The translations under genes and the position numbers were made by a program. From a virus: a stretch of 64,000 bases of DNA. The stretch is taken from positions 8,542 to 72,541 of the IMG/VR virus record IMGVR_UViG_3300023174_004481, one strand, 5' to 3'. Below, in pieces: positions 31,163 to 42,361 of the stretch (position 1 is the stretch's first letter; each line of letters begins with the position of its first letter). The notes beneath the pieces were generated by a model. The model made no database searches and was not told the origin of the DNA. It saw only the letters and a list, made by a program, of their open reading frames with translations.

Positions 31163-34100
31163 TTAAATTGGTGAATTTTTATTTAATAATCCGCCAGGAC
31201 GTTTTTGTTCAATTATAGTAGTAATAACATTTGTTTTAATTAATTCAGTTAAAGCTTTATATTTTTGTGATGACTCTCTATTACCTGTTGAATCATTTGA
31301 GTCATCGTCTCCTGATCCAGATGATGAAGAATTTTGATTTTGTGCTACTTTATTATCAGCTTCTACATTTACAGATATATTTATATTATTAACCATTCCT
31401 TCGCTTGATTTTTTCTCACTTAAATTAGTATTTAAATCTGTTAAAGCGCTAATTAAACTTGGTAGTGTATTATTTTCTTCTTGATTAATTTTTGTGTATT
31501 CTATATTTTTTTCATTAAAAATTGTATTAGAGTTTTTATCCTTAGTTGGCGTCATCTCATTTAGCTTATTTAAAATACCATTTAAAGTGGTAATATTTTC
31601 TTCATTAACTTTGCTTGCTTCTATATTAGTTATTTGAGTTGAATTTACATTTTCTGGATTTTTATTTAATTGATTATTTGTATTTGTGGTTTGAATAACA
31701 GTAGTTAAATTATTTATTGCTTCAATTAAATAATTAGAAGGATCTTCGTTAACTGTTGAAATTTGAGTTGATCCAACTTGTCCACCTTTTGCAAATTTAT
31801 TTACTGATCCTTTATTTAATTTTTCAAAGAATCCTGAGCCGTACTTTTTAACTGCTTCTTTATTGACTACGTATTCTCCATTCATTAATAATGCTGGAAT
31901 ATCATCACCAGCTTGTCCACCATCTGCAAATCTAAATCGATTGCTTACTTCTAATCCATTACTTCTTGTATTTGATACTGTATTATAAGCTGGTCGATTT
32001 GAACTTTGTAAAGCATTTTGTAAAAATGGTGAGCCAATTCCTCCAGCTGCCAATAAACCTAAAGTTGGTAAATTTTTAGAAGAGAGTAGACTACCTAATC
32101 CGCCACCACTTGTTCCGCCAGCCCCACCATATAAACTAGTTATTGCTCCATAATTACTTCCAAGTGCGCTTGTTGTTCCACCCATACCACCTGGAAGTGC
32201 ATAAGCGCTTGCTCCTCCACCACCACCAAATAGACTACTTAATCCACCGCCACCTCCTCCAAATAAACTTCCTAATCCACCCCCACCCATACTTCCCAAC
32301 AGTCCTCCACCAATTGCCATTGCAGCATTTATATATCCACTTGTTATAAGATTACTTTTTCTTTGGTTATAGGCATTTAACGCTTCTTCATAAGCTGATC
32401 TAGCTTGAACATAAGACATTTTATTTTGCATTAAATTATCTTGTATATAAGAAACATAATCATAGAAATCTTGTTCTGTTTGCATTCTTTCTTCATTTTT
32501 ACGACTTGTTGGATCAGATAATGCATAATTAGAAAGATTTGGATCAGTAACGCTTTGCCCCTTCAATTGATTTAAATAATCTTCTTCTGCTCGTATGCCA
32601 CCAGCTAAATCTTTTGTATTTAATCCAGCTGTATTTTCATAACCAGTAACTACATATTTATTATCAAAATTTTTGCTAATTCCACCGCCATCAGCCATAC
32701 CTTTAGTTGATCCTACATTTAAAGATTCTAAAAATCCCATTCCATAAGCTTGTTGTACGCTTCTAACGGCTCTTTTATTTAAAACATATTCTCCTTTAGA
32801 AAGCATCGCTGGAACATCATCAACCATTCCAGATCCATCTTTTACATATCCACCAGAAGCATAACCTTTTACTAATCCACCTCTTGAAAATCCAAATAAA
32901 CTTCCCAATCCACCTCCTCCGCCCCCTCCTAAAAGCCCTTGGAATTGATTAAAAATTCCACCAAAAAGTAATTTAGTTGCTATTTGAGTAGAAATTTGTT
33001 GGACTTGTTGTAATACTTGAACAGCAAAGTCATTGAAAGCATCCCCAGCGCTTTGCGTGCTATTTGCAAAACCCATTAATGCATTAGAAAATGAATCTTG
33101 TATATTTCTTGCTACATCTGTTGCTGATTGATTTAAATCTTGAAAAAGTTGAGTTCCATTGTAACTCATTGAATTAACAAAATTAGTTGTTATACCTTCA
33201 ACAGAATTATATCCTGGTCTACGAGCTAAACCTTGTTGTCTTTCTAATTCTTTATTTGCATATTCTGTAGAACTCAAATAACCATCAGCAAGATCTTTTA
33301 AATCTTTAGCATGTTCGACTCTAATTTTTTCTAATTCATTTGCTCTTTCGCTTTGAGTATTTGATTCTTCTAAAGCTCTATTTAATTCTATTCTAGCTTG
33401 CAGTATATTAATTTCACCAGATTCTAATCTAGATAAAGTACTTTCTAAATTCTTTTGGTATTCATTACTAATTGATAATCCTGCATTATAATTTTGTACA
33501 TTTCTAACTATTGCGTCGTATTGTTGAACATATTCTTTAGCAAGTTCTGAATTAGCTTCTTCTCCAGCGTATTTTTGTTTTATTTGTTCAACTTGTTGTT
33601 TTGCAAGTGATACTAAGTCTTGCGCTTTCATTTTAGCTTCACCAGCATCTATATTTGTACCACCATTTAATTGACTTTGTATATTTTGATTAATTCTATT
33701 GCCTTCTTGTTCAGCTACAACTTGTTTAATTGTTTGATCCAAACTTGCTTGAGCTTCTTGACTCAAAGGTTTAGTGCTGCCAGTTAATTGTTGTAAAAGA
33801 CTAGTAGATCCTCCGCCCTGTCCTCCTGGTTTCCCATTTGGAGCAATAGTATTTAAGGTATTATTTCCTAATTCTATACCATTTGTCGTAATATCTTCAA
33901 TTTTAGTTTTAATTGTTTCTATATTGATTTCTGTTTTATTAAGAGATTCAAATTGTTTTGTAGCTATATCTGTCGCATCTTTTTGATTAATATTAATTCC
34001 AAATGTTTTTGATAATTGTAAAAGATTTTGGCTTTGACCCTCTATAATAGCTTTTCTTAATTCTGGATTTACAGTTTGTGGTCCAACACCAAATTGTTTT

Positions 34101-37100
34101 AATTCATCATACATTCCTAATGCACCACGGCCACGAGTGGTTGGATTTTGAGAGCCATATAAATATCTATTTGTTCCAAATTGACTAGATCTAGCATTAA
34201 TATCATTTCTTCTTAATGATTCCAAACCACCACCAAAGGATATAGTTTGTAAATCTTTTGTGAATTGTATTCTTTGTTGGATTTCTTTTAATCTAATTTC
34301 TTTTTCAGCACTAAAAATATCTTGTAGTTGTTTTAATCTAGCTTGAGATTCTGGCAATTCTTTATATTGAGTTCTTGTAAGTGAATTTATTAATGACTGA
34401 GCAGCCTGAACTGTTTCTTTTCCATATTTTGCTGATCCATCTGCATATTCTTTTAATTGACCAATTAATCCATTCAAATATTCATTTACTTGATCTAAAG
34501 GAATATTTTGTATTTGATCTGATGCATTTTTTACAACTCCAGCAAAAGCTTTTGTTCCAGCATCATTTTTACCAGCTAATCCAGATAATGTTTCTCCAAA
34601 AAGATTTGGACCTAATTTTTCTCTTATGCTTCTATTTTCTTGTAATAAATCTGCTTGATATTTTAAATTAGCTTCTGCTTCGTTTAATTGTGATTCTATA
34701 TTAATATTACTAAATTCACCAAAAAATAATTTAGCATTTTCTAGCAAACTATTTTTTCCGCTTTGTAATTTTTTAAGATTAATTTGCACTTCGGTTTCTG
34801 CATTTGTAAAATTAAGATTTGTTTCGGTTATTGATTTAGTTATGTTATTTAAATACCCATCTATAACATTTGTAAAAGCTTGAGCTTCGTTTTCGTTTTT
34901 TAAAGCTGCTGCAGTTGTACTCAAACCAGCAGATCTACCCTTTATTGATTGTATAATTAATTCTGGATTTTTTCTTAATTGATTAGCTTGTTCTAATGCT
35001 GCTCCATAATTTCCAGATTTTAATCCAGCCTCTTCTATTTGTCTTGCGGTCGATTCTGCAATAGCTTGTAATTTTTTAGGATCTTTTATGAATTCTTCTA
35101 CTAAATTTTTATATCTTTCAGAATATTGATCTATTGTTTCGCCAGCTTTTTGATCTGCAATATAAAATTCATCAAATTGTTTGGAAACTAAATCTGATAT
35201 CGTTGTTAATTGTCCACTAAATTTTCCTACTGCTACAGTTCCTGTAGTTGCATTTAAAGCTCCTGGTTTTACTCTTCCTTCTGCTCCTTGAAGTCCAATT
35301 GTCCTAGCCATAGCTTCTTGTAAAGTTTCTGGCGCTTTATATGTAGCATATGCAGTTTGATATTCTAATTGTTTTTGTTCTTGTTGTCTTACTTCTAAGG
35401 CTTCGGTTTGTATTGATTGAATTTTCAACGTATCACCTTTACCATATGCACCTATTAAATCTTGTCTTAAATTTTCTGGTATACTAGCTAATGTTGATCC
35501 TAATTTTTGTTGTAATTTTCCTATATCATTTGCACTTAATCCAGCACTATTTCTTAATTTGTCTGTTATGGCATTAAATTGAGAAAATGAATCGTTTAAT
35601 TTATTAAGATCTTCTTGAGATTGCTCTAAACGTTTTTTAAATTTATCAATTCCTTCTTGATTCGCTGCTTTATCTAAATCATTTAAAGTAGTAATTAATC
35701 CTACTAATCCGCCAATAATCGCTCCAGGCAATCCTCCAACAGCTGCTCCAGTAGCCGTAAAACTAGCTGCATTAGAAAGCCCAGAAATTGCTGCTCGTGT
35801 TCGCACATTTTCTTCTGGAATAAATTGTTGCGCGACTCCACCAGCTATTGGTATACCTATAGATGCAGCTAACGCACTACTTTGTAGTCGATCTTTGAAT
35901 GCGTAATTAGGTATATATCCTTTTGCTGCTCCAGATATTCTTGCTGAATTTAGATCTTTAAATCTAGCAATGCCTTGACTTAAACCAGCTGGTTCATCTT
36001 TTGTATTATAAATTCCTAATCCCATTGGATTTTGTGAATTAGATAATCTTGAATCTTGACCAACTCTTACGGAACCTGGTGATACTCCAGCAGAAATTTC
36101 TCTTGCAATTGATTGCATTAATGGAGAATAATTTGGTATAAAGCCAGAAGATTTATTTACATTATTACTTTTAACAAATTGTTTAACTGAAGCTTGACGA
36201 TTAGCTAAATCCTTTTCATTTCCACTAAATATTTCTTTTCCTAAAACTCCAGATGCAGATATAATTTTTTCTGCCATACTTTTTCTATTACCAGCACTAC
36301 TATCATTAATTTTAAAATCTGCTAATGGAGTATTGTAACCAAACAATTTTTTAAGTTCTGGATTAGAGGATAAAACGTCAAAATTTACTCCCTCTACAGC
36401 TGCACTTTCTGCTCCAAGTGCAAGCCCCATTCCAACTTCAAATGCTGCTCCAGCTGCAGCACCTAAAGCTCCAGCAGCACCAGGAGTTCTTTTAATTGCA
36501 GATATAACGCTTGGTCCATTAGGTACGGAGGCTGGTGGTTTAATTGAAGAAGCGTATTTTATTGTGCCAGTTGCAACACCTTTTTCAATTTCTTGATAAA
36601 CATCTCTGATTCCAGTTTCAGATCTTGAACCATAAGTACGAACTGGCCATTTTACAGTAAGTCCATTATCAAAAGTATATGATCCAACTGGAGAAGTCAA
36701 TCCTCCATGAGGAACTAACATTGTAGCTATACCATTTGCATCTAATACAGATGTTGTTTTAACTTTTGCTGCTAATGCTTTTTTAATTTCGGATTGACTT
36801 GCGGTTAATCCAGTTTCTCCTATTGCAAATTTTTTAGTATTACCAATTCTTTGTAAATTATTTTCATTCGCTCTTATTACTTCATTTGAAGCCGTAGCAA
36901 AATTTGGTATATATCCCATTGCTGCATATGGATTAAATCCTAATTTTTTTTCAAAAGCTTCTGCGTAATTTCTTCCAGCGCTACTACCTTCAGGAGGCAT
37001 AATTGCTGGTTGAGACATTCCAGCAAATTGTTTAACTTGTTCTGCTTTATTATAAACAATCTGACCTTCTCCAGGAATATTCATTTTTGATACTGAACCA

Positions 37101-38788
37101 GGTTTATAGCCGCCAAGATAAGCGCCGTAAACTTCTGCTTGTTCTGAAGAAGAAAAATTAGGAATAAATCCACTACTTTTTGCTGTGATTTTTCCTCCAG
37201 TAGAAGTTACTCCTCTGCCAATTAAATTTGTTGTTAAAGTTGCTGAAATTGCTGCGGATTGCTGTCTAGCTGTAGTTTGCGCTCTTATTACTGATAAAAT
37301 TTGATTTTCTACTTCTAATAAACTTAATTCTTTACTTAAAATTCCTTGAATAAGATTTGGATTTTGAGCAAGAATTGAATTAATTCTTTCTTGAATTTGT
37401 GCTTGTTGTTGAGATCCTTTGTTTAATTCTAAAATTTGACCTACTGCTTGTGTACTAAATTTAGCTAAATTAATAAATAATTTTCCTACGACTGCTCCAA
37501 TCAACGCTAATCCTGGTCCACTTATATAATTTCCTAAACCTTCTAAAAATCCTTTAGCAATTTTTTCTCCTGGTCCTTTTGCATCAGATAAACTAAATGA
37601 TTCTAATGCTGTGTTAATATTTCCAAGAACATTTTCAATCGCAGGAGCTAAAGTCAAGCCGCCAACTTCAGCACCTAATTTTGTAAAATTTGCTAATGTT
37701 TTATTTATTAAAGCAGATAAAGTTTGATTTAATTGTTCATTTCTTTTTACTGCTGCATCTGTAGCTCCACTGCTTGTATTTAATGCACTATTATAAGTAG
37801 AATATTCCTTACTTAAATCTCCTAATGCGGCTTTTAAAATATTGATTTGAAAAACTCCACCAACTAATTCAGCTACATTTGCTCTTTGTGAATCAGATAA
37901 TCCATCAAATCTTTGAGACAATTGAGTTAAAGTATCTATCGCTGGACGAAAACTACCATCTAAATTTCTAACTTGTAAACCTAATTGTTCTAATTGATCT
38001 AAAACTTCTGTTCTTTCTAGTCTTGTAAAAATTGTTTTTAAAGAGTTTCCAATTACAGCTCCACCTCTAGCGGTAGTTTGCTGTACGCTAGTGATTAATG
38101 CAATCAATTGATCAAAATTAACTCCCACACTTTCGGCAGATGATCCTACTCGTTGAATTGCTTGAGCAAGATCTCCACTACTAACAGCAAAAGCTGCGTC
38201 AACTGTTGCTAATTTATTAACAATTTCAGTTGAATCTAAAGCAGCTTTATTAAAACTATTAATTGTCGCAGTAAGGGCTTCTGTACTAGATACAACATCC
38301 AATCCACTTAATCTAGTTAAAATTAGTGCATCTCTTGTTCTTTTTAAAGTTTCTTCTACTCCAAGACCTTGACGAGAGAATTCAACGGCAGCTTGAGATA
38401 CAGCTTCAAAACTTTGTCCAGTTTGTCCTGCTACTTTAAATAATTGATCTCCAAAACTTGTAAGATTTTTAGAACTTAAACCTAATATACTATTAATATC
38501 TGTTAGATTTTTTTGTACATTAATTGTTGTTCTTATTAAATTTTCAAAACCTTTTTGAATTGCAAAAATAGCGCCAGCAGAAGCACCGAATGCAAGAACA
38601 CGAGCATTAGATGCGTCTAATGATTTTTTAAATTCATCTACTGCACCAGTAATTCTCCCAAGAGGTTGAGAAAAGGCTTTTTCGTTTAATCCCTTTAATT
38701 GGTAATTTTTATTAAGCGCATTAGATATATCCCTTTCAAGGGGTCTTGTATCTGCACCAATTGGAATTGAGCCTACTACATTTGCCAT
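31163..38788 (-). CDS. Tape measure protein (TP901-type core) with C-terminal modules
   Basis: AVEFSRQGL, LILTRLSGLD, LA.VDAAFAVS..DLA.AI.R.GS, RGGAVIGNSLKTIFTRL; A.GG and DDVPAMLSKGEYV motifs; 2541 aa. Confidence 0.93.
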   Translation of the reverse strand: MANVVGSIPIGADTRPLERDISNALNKNYQLKGLNEKAFSQPLGRITGAVDEFKKSLDASNARVLAFGASAGAIFAIQKGFENLIRTTINVQKNLTDINSILGLSSKNLTSFGDQLFKVAGQTGQSFEAVSQAAVEFSRQGLGVEETLKRTRDALILTRLSGLDVVSSTEALTATINSFNKAALDSTEIVNKLATVDAAFAVSSGDLAQAIQRVGSSAESVGVNFDQLIALITSVQQTTARGGAVIGNSLKTIFTRLERTEVLDQLEQLGLQVRNLDGSFRPAIDTLTQLSQRFDGLSDSQRANVAELVGGVFQINILKAALGDLSKEYSTYNSALNTSSGATDAAVKRNEQLNQTLSALINKTLANFTKLGAEVGGLTLAPAIENVLGNINTALESFSLSDAKGPGEKIAKGFLEGLGNYISGPGLALIGAVVGKLFINLAKFSTQAVGQILELNKGSQQQAQIQERINSILAQNPNLIQGILSKELSLLEVENQILSVIRAQTTARQQSAAISATLTTNLIGRGVTSTGGKITAKSSGFIPNFSSSEQAEVYGAYLGGYKPGSVSKMNIPGEGQIVYNKAEQVKQFAGMSQPAIMPPEGSSAGRNYAEAFEKKLGFNPYAAMGYIPNFATASNEVIRANENNLQRIGNTKKFAIGETGLTASQSEIKKALAAKVKTTSVLDANGIATMLVPHGGLTSPVGSYTFDNGLTVKWPVRTYGSRSETGIRDVYQEIEKGVATGTIKYASSIKPPASVPNGPSVISAIKRTPGAAGALGAAAGAAFEVGMGLALGAESAAVEGVNFDVLSSNPELKKLFGYNTPLADFKINDSSAGNRKSMAEKIISASGVLGKEIFSGNEKDLANRQASVKQFVKSNNVNKSSGFIPNYSPLMQSIAREISAGVSPGSVRVGQDSRLSNSQNPMGLGIYNTKDEPAGLSQGIARFKDLNSARISGAAKGYIPNYAFKDRLQSSALAASIGIPIAGGVAQQFIPEENVRTRAAISGLSNAASFTATGAAVGGLPGAIIGGLVGLITTLNDLDKAANQEGIDKFKKRLEQSQEDLNKLNDSFSQFNAITDKLRNSAGLSANDIGKLQQKLGSTLASIPENLRQDLIGAYGKGDTLKIQSIQTEALEVRQQEQKQLEYQTAYATYKAPETLQEAMARTIGLQGAEGRVKPGALNATTGTVAVGKFSGQLTTISDLVSKQFDEFYIADQKAGETIDQYSERYKNLVEEFIKDPKKLQAIAESTARQIEEAGLKSGNYGAALEQANQLRKNPELIIQSIKGRSAGLSTTAAALKNENEAQAFTNVIDGYLNNITKSITETNLNFTNAETEVQINLKKLQSGKNSLLENAKLFFGEFSNINIESQLNEAEANLKYQADLLQENRSIREKLGPNLFGETLSGLAGKNDAGTKAFAGVVKNASDQIQNIPLDQVNEYLNGLIGQLKEYADGSAKYGKETVQAAQSLINSLTRTQYKELPESQARLKQLQDIFSAEKEIRLKEIQQRIQFTKDLQTISFGGGLESLRRNDINARSSQFGTNRYLYGSQNPTTRGRGALGMYDELKQFGVGPQTVNPELRKAIIEGQSQNLLQLSKTFGININQKDATDIATKQFESLNKTEINIETIKTKIEDITTNGIELGNNTLNTIAPNGKPGGQGGGSTSLLQQLTGSTKPLSQEAQASLDQTIKQVVAEQEGNRINQNIQSQLNGGTNIDAGEAKMKAQDLVSLAKQQVEQIKQKYAGEEANSELAKEYVQQYDAIVRNVQNYNAGLSISNEYQKNLESTLSRLESGEINILQARIELNRALEESNTQSERANELEKIRVEHAKDLKDLADGYLSSTEYANKELERQQGLARRPGYNSVEGITTNFVNSMSYNGTQLFQDLNQSATDVARNIQDSFSNALMGFANSTQSAGDAFNDFAVQVLQQVQQISTQIATKLLFGGIFNQFQGLLGGGGGGGLGSLFGFSRGGLVKGYASGGYVKDGSGMVDDVPAMLSKGEYVLNKRAVRSVQQAYGMGFLESLNVGSTKGMADGGGISKNFDNKYVVTGYENTAGLNTKDLAGGIRAEEDYLNQLKGQSVTDPNLSNYALSDPTSRKNEERMQTEQDFYDYVSYIQDNLMQNKMSYVQARSAYEEALNAYNQRKSNLITSGYINAAMAIGGGLLGSMGGGGLGSLFGGGGGGLSSLFGGGGGASAYALPGGMGGTTSALGSNYGAITSLYGGAGGTSGGGLGSLLSSKNLPTLGLLAAGGIGSPFLQNALQSSNRPAYNTVSNTRSNGLEVSNRFRFADGGQAGDDIPALLMNGEYVVNKEAVKKYGSGFFEKLNKGSVNKFAKGGQVGSTQISTVNEDPSNYLIEAINNLTTVIQTTNTNNQLNKNPENVNSTQITNIEASKVNEENITTLNGILNKLNEMTPTKDKNSNTIFNEKNIEYTKINQEENNTLPSLISALTDLNTNLSEKKSSEGMVNNINISVNVEADNKVAQNQNSSSSGSGDDDSNDSTGNRESSQKYKALTELIKTNVITTIIEQKRPGGLLNKNSPI

Positions 38789-38825
38789 CCTTATACCTCT
38801 TTCCTGTGATAAATTACACTAAATA

Positions 38826-39815
38826 TTAAGCATTATGTAATTTTATGAGGTCTTGGAATGATAATGATCCGCCTTTCTTTTCTGCTTCTTTTACTAAGCT
38901 TATTCCGTCTTTATTTTCTATACCCATTCTTTTTAGATCCTTATCAGAAGCACCAACTACAGATGAACCCAGTACATCTTCTTTTTTAGTATTAGCTACT
39001 GTTTTATTTGCATTTCTGGATCCTTCATACCAATCAATCAATGCTTCTGGATCACTAAGCACATTTTCTGGTGGTTTTGTTGTACTGTTACTAATAATAT
39101 TTTTAAAGAATTTAGCACACGAAAATAATTCAGTTTGTACAAATGTTAGATTCACAATAGGTTTACCGAAAAATATATATGGATCATCTTCGCATAAATA
39201 AAATGAATTTAAAAAGAAGTTAGATAATGCAATTTTCTTTATATTTTTATCATTTAATTGAACCAAGCCAATACTATATTTTGTATATAATTCATATAGT
39301 TCTTTATATTCTAATTGCTCAAATTCTTGTTCTGTTAATAGTTTTTGCTTTAAATCTGTATCTTTGTAAAGAGAGCAATAGACATAATATTCGTTAAGTT
39401 TTTTATTTGTATATGTCTCTAATGTTGTTCCTAATAATTCTTGTTTTTCAGTTAATATATCATTTAATATTTTATTATTTTCTTTAATTTGACTATTGAT
39501 CTGATCTATATCCCTAATTAATATTAATTTTGATTTTGTATAATTTAAGTCTTTTATAAATTGGCTAATCTTCTTGATTTCCTCTTCTTTTGCGATAGAC
39601 CAATTATCTTTTTCTATTAAATTCTTTATTTGAGTCTCTTCATCAAGAAGGCCCATTTTCCTAGCTTTATGCTCTATGGCTAGTTTTTTGGTGTTTATTA
39701 CATTTAAATCTTGCAAACCAAAGTGTTTTATATAAAATGATGATGTATCGTCGGTATAAAACGAATAACCGTTTAATATATCATGATAAAGTAATTTATA
39801 TTCCTCTTGGTTCAA
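38826..39815 (-). CDS. Putative tail assembly chaperone
   Basis: Immediately before the tape measure; FFGKPI.NLT..Q.EL, PP......DP.AL..W. Confidence 0.55.
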   Translation of the reverse strand: MNQEEYKLLYHDILNGYSFYTDDTSSFYIKHFGLQDLNVINTKKLAIEHKARKMGLLDEETQIKNLIEKDNWSIAKEEEIKKISQFIKDLNYTKSKLILIRDIDQINSQIKENNKILNDILTEKQELLGTTLETYTNKKLNEYYVYCSLYKDTDLKQKLLTEQEFEQLEYKELYELYTKYSIGLVQLNDKNIKKIALSNFFLNSFYLCEDDPYIFFGKPIVNLTFVQTELFSCAKFFKNIISNSTTKPPENVLSDPEALIDWYEGSRNANKTVANTKKEDVLGSSVVGASDKDLKRMGIENKDGISLVKEAEKKGGSLSFQDLIKLHNA

Positions 39816-39817
39816 GA

Positions 39818-40558
39818 TTATACATTTTCAAAAGTTACCAATTTTTCGAATTCTTCTTGTGTGCTAGCTCTTCCCATATACCAAAAGCTAACATAAAAAG
39901 CAAACTTTTTAACAACAGTTTTTAACCATTCATCTTGATTATCTTCAATTCCATCATAAATACTTAATCTCTCATCATATGATCCATCTCCAAAAATAGC
40001 AACTTCTTTTCCATCTTTATCTATCATATAAGATAAATGTAAAATCCACCATAAAATGGTTTTATTTCTGGCTCTATTTTCGGCAGTTTGATCAAATAAA
40101 CTAGCTTGTGCAATTTCAAAATCTTGAATTTCAGTTCTTAGATTAATAATTTCTCCTGTTAATTTTTCAAAAATCTCTTGCTCTTCTGGAGTTCTTTCGC
40201 TCTTATCTTTAATCGATAATTTTTGAAATTCATTTTGCTTTTCAAAAAGTTTAATATAAAAATCTGCGTATTTCTCCTTATCTTTATCGCTTAATGCTCC
40301 ACCATCATTAGAATATCTTTTAGACAAAAGAGATCTGGTTAAAAGTCCAGCTTTGATTCCTTCTGATAGTTTTACTGCGTAGAATAATTCTGCTTCTTCA
40401 AATAATCCCCTAGTAGGTTTTCTAATAAAGAAATTACGTTGTATAGTTTCTTTAGCTTTAGATGTAATTTTAATTTCTTTTCCATCCTCCATCTTAGATT
40501 CAATCTTATCTATTTCTTCTTCTTTTTTTACTATAAATTCATATATTTTTTTGTTCAT
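39818..40558 (-). CDS. Putative tail assembly chaperone
   Basis: Located between tube and tape measure; IRKPTR, AGLLTR, TAENRA; helical. Confidence 0.55.
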   Translation of the reverse strand: MNKKIYEFIVKKEEEIDKIESKMEDGKEIKITSKAKETIQRNFFIRKPTRGLFEEAELFYAVKLSEGIKAGLLTRSLLSKRYSNDGGALSDKDKEKYADFYIKLFEKQNEFQKLSIKDKSERTPEEQEIFEKLTGEIINLRTEIQDFEIAQASLFDQTAENRARNKTILWWILHLSYMIDKDGKEVAIFGDGSYDERLSIYDGIEDNQDEWLKTVVKKFAFYVSFWYMGRASTQEEFEKLVTFENV

Positions 40559-40561
40559 ATT

Positions 40562-40816
40562 TTATACTCCTACTTTTAAAGATTCAATAAAGCCTTTAGT
40601 CTTTTTGTAATTAGCATTTCCACCAATTAATTTTATAAAGTTATTCTGCTTTTCTTCATTCCAAGAATTATATTGATTTAAAAAATTTGGATTTCTAAAT
40701 GTAATCAAAGAGGGATTTTTAATTCCTAGTTTGTTTAATTCTCTTTGTATTGTTTGCATTTCCAAATTAGCTTGGATAATTGCATCAATAGGGAAGCTAA
40801 TGTATTTATTTCTCAT
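40562..40816 (-). CDS. Small hypothetical protein (start uncertain)
   Basis: ORF overlaps the upstream gene; an internal ATG is the more plausible start. Confidence 0.5.
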   Translation of the reverse strand: MRNKYISFPIDAIIQANLEMQTIQRELNKLGIKNPSLITFRNPNFLNQYNSWNEEKQNNFIKLIGGNANYKKTKGFIESLKVGV

Positions 40817-41105
40817 TTTCATCTTTAAATTCCATTTTAATAAATTCAAAATTTTTCTCTATCTCTCTTATAGATTCATTTCCTATATCAAGTATTTTCT
40901 TTCTTAAGTAATTATATCTATTATCATCAAAATAATCTATATTTTTTAATGTATTTGAATCAATTTTATTATTAAGCTTTTCTAGCATGGATTTATGATC
41001 TTCTTGAATATCTTCTATTAAATTAAGATATCTTTTATATAAATTAACTAAACTTTTATGTATTTGAAAAGATACGTAATCTTTAACTTTATTATCGTTT
41101 TGCAT
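40806..41105 (-). CDS. Small helical hypothetical protein
   Basis: GTGTAA at 41144-41149 and AAGG-rich leader. Confidence 0.65.
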   Translation of the reverse strand: MQNDNKVKDYVSFQIHKSLVNLYKRYLNLIEDIQEDHKSMLEKLNNKIDSNTLKNIDYFDDNRYNYLRKKILDIGNESIREIEKNFEFIKMEFKDENEK

Positions 41106-41150
41106 AACTTATACCTTTTGACCGACCTTTTACCTACATATGTTTACACT

Positions 41151-41176
41151 AAAAACCCCGCCGAAGCGGGGCTTTT
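41151..41176 (-). terminator. Intrinsic terminator after the major tail tube gene
   Basis: CCCCGC-UUCG-GCGGGG followed by UUUUU on the minus strand (possibly bidirectional). Confidence 0.9.
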
Positions 41177-41203
41177 AATATTAACAATTAATTATTAATT
41201 ATA

Positions 41204-42301
41204 TTACGGTGCTGGAGCATCAATAAACAATCCCTTAGTAGTTTCACTTGGTCCGCCCAAGAATGCTGAGTATTGTAGTGAGATTGATTTATTTGCTCCG
41301 ATTGAACTTGTGAATGATTGAGATGTTAGTTTTGCTCCTTTTAGAGTATATTTTAATGCCCTAGCTTGCTCGCCACCTTCGCAAGTTTTTGGAGATAACA
41401 TATTGATTACTAGATCTGCATCTGCACAATCCGAAGCAATTACTGAAGCAAGATTTTCTGCTTCTAGTTCTCCGAGTACTGCGTTAATTGATGCAGTAAC
41501 TGTTACTGGGAATGTGATTTCTCTTGAGAAAGCAAATCTATTTCCTAGCTTTTGGATTGGATCTCTTCCAAGATCAAAGCTAATTGTAAAATCTTGAATT
41601 TTTAGATCTTCCTCTACTACGCCTTTTGCACCAGAGAATGTTACTGTGATATCACCTGGTCTTAAAGCTGAAAATCCAGCTCCAGTTGTTAAACCAGAAA
41701 TACCGAATTTTCCAGTAGCTTCACTGCCGTCTGCAGGATTAATTGCTGGTACATTTCCAGTAGTAGAATCATAAAATCTCATGTTCAAACCTTCGGCTGA
41801 AACTGAAACTGTTGGGAAACCTCCTACTGCAGCATTAATACTATAAGAAGTTAATCCTGCGTTTCCAATTCCAATAACTTTTCCATTTGTCATTACGTCT
41901 GTTTCATTTAAATTAGCGTCTGTTCCTTCTGGAGCAACTACGATATAATAATTTTTAACATCTTCGGCGTTTGCTCCGCCACTTAAAATATTTCTAAGAG
42001 CTGGCACTGTAGCATTGCCATCTGTTCCCAAAGCCAATCCTAGATTTGCTTCGTTTTCGCCAGAATTTGCATAGTAAGAAAAATCTAAACTAACTGTTGG
42101 AGCTTCGAGAATAACTTGATCAAGTGCGCCGATTTGACCAAATTGATTTACATTTTGTCTAGCGATATTAAAACTATAGTTTGCGCTTTGTACGCGGTTC
42201 AATTGTTTTGATTCACCATAAGCTGCGTTTACGCTACCAGCTCCTCCGCTTGGTCCTACAAAAACTGCTTCTGATTGATAAATTACTCTTTTTCTTGACA
42301 T
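41204..42301 (-). CDS. Major tail tube protein with a tandemly duplicated tube fold
   Basis: RVQSANYSFNIARQNVNQFG..EAPTVSLDF repeated as IQDFTISFDLGRDPIQKLG..FPVTVTASI; strong SD (AAGGAG); followed by a terminator. Confidence 0.85.
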   Translation of the reverse strand: MSRKRVIYQSEAVFVGPSGGAGSVNAAYGESKQLNRVQSANYSFNIARQNVNQFGQIGALDQVILEAPTVSLDFSYYANSGENEANLGLALGTDGNATVPALRNILSGGANAEDVKNYYIVVAPEGTDANLNETDVMTNGKVIGIGNAGLTSYSINAAVGGFPTVSVSAEGLNMRFYDSTTGNVPAINPADGSEATGKFGISGLTTGAGFSALRPGDITVTFSGAKGVVEEDLKIQDFTISFDLGRDPIQKLGNRFAFSREITFPVTVTASINAVLGELEAENLASVIASDCADADLVINMLSPKTCEGGEQARALKYTLKGAKLTSQSFTSSIGANKSISLQYSAFLGGPSETTKGLFIDAPAP

Positions 42302-42361
42302 ATAAAAATTCTCCTTAAGTTATACTGTTTATTACATTGTTTTTAAAGCAAAGAGAAATAA

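Noticed and set aside
39780-39860. Programmed frameshift between tail chaperone genes (lambda G/GT type)
   Set aside because: The downstream gene has its own ATG 2 nt after the stop, and no convincing slippery heptamer was seen.
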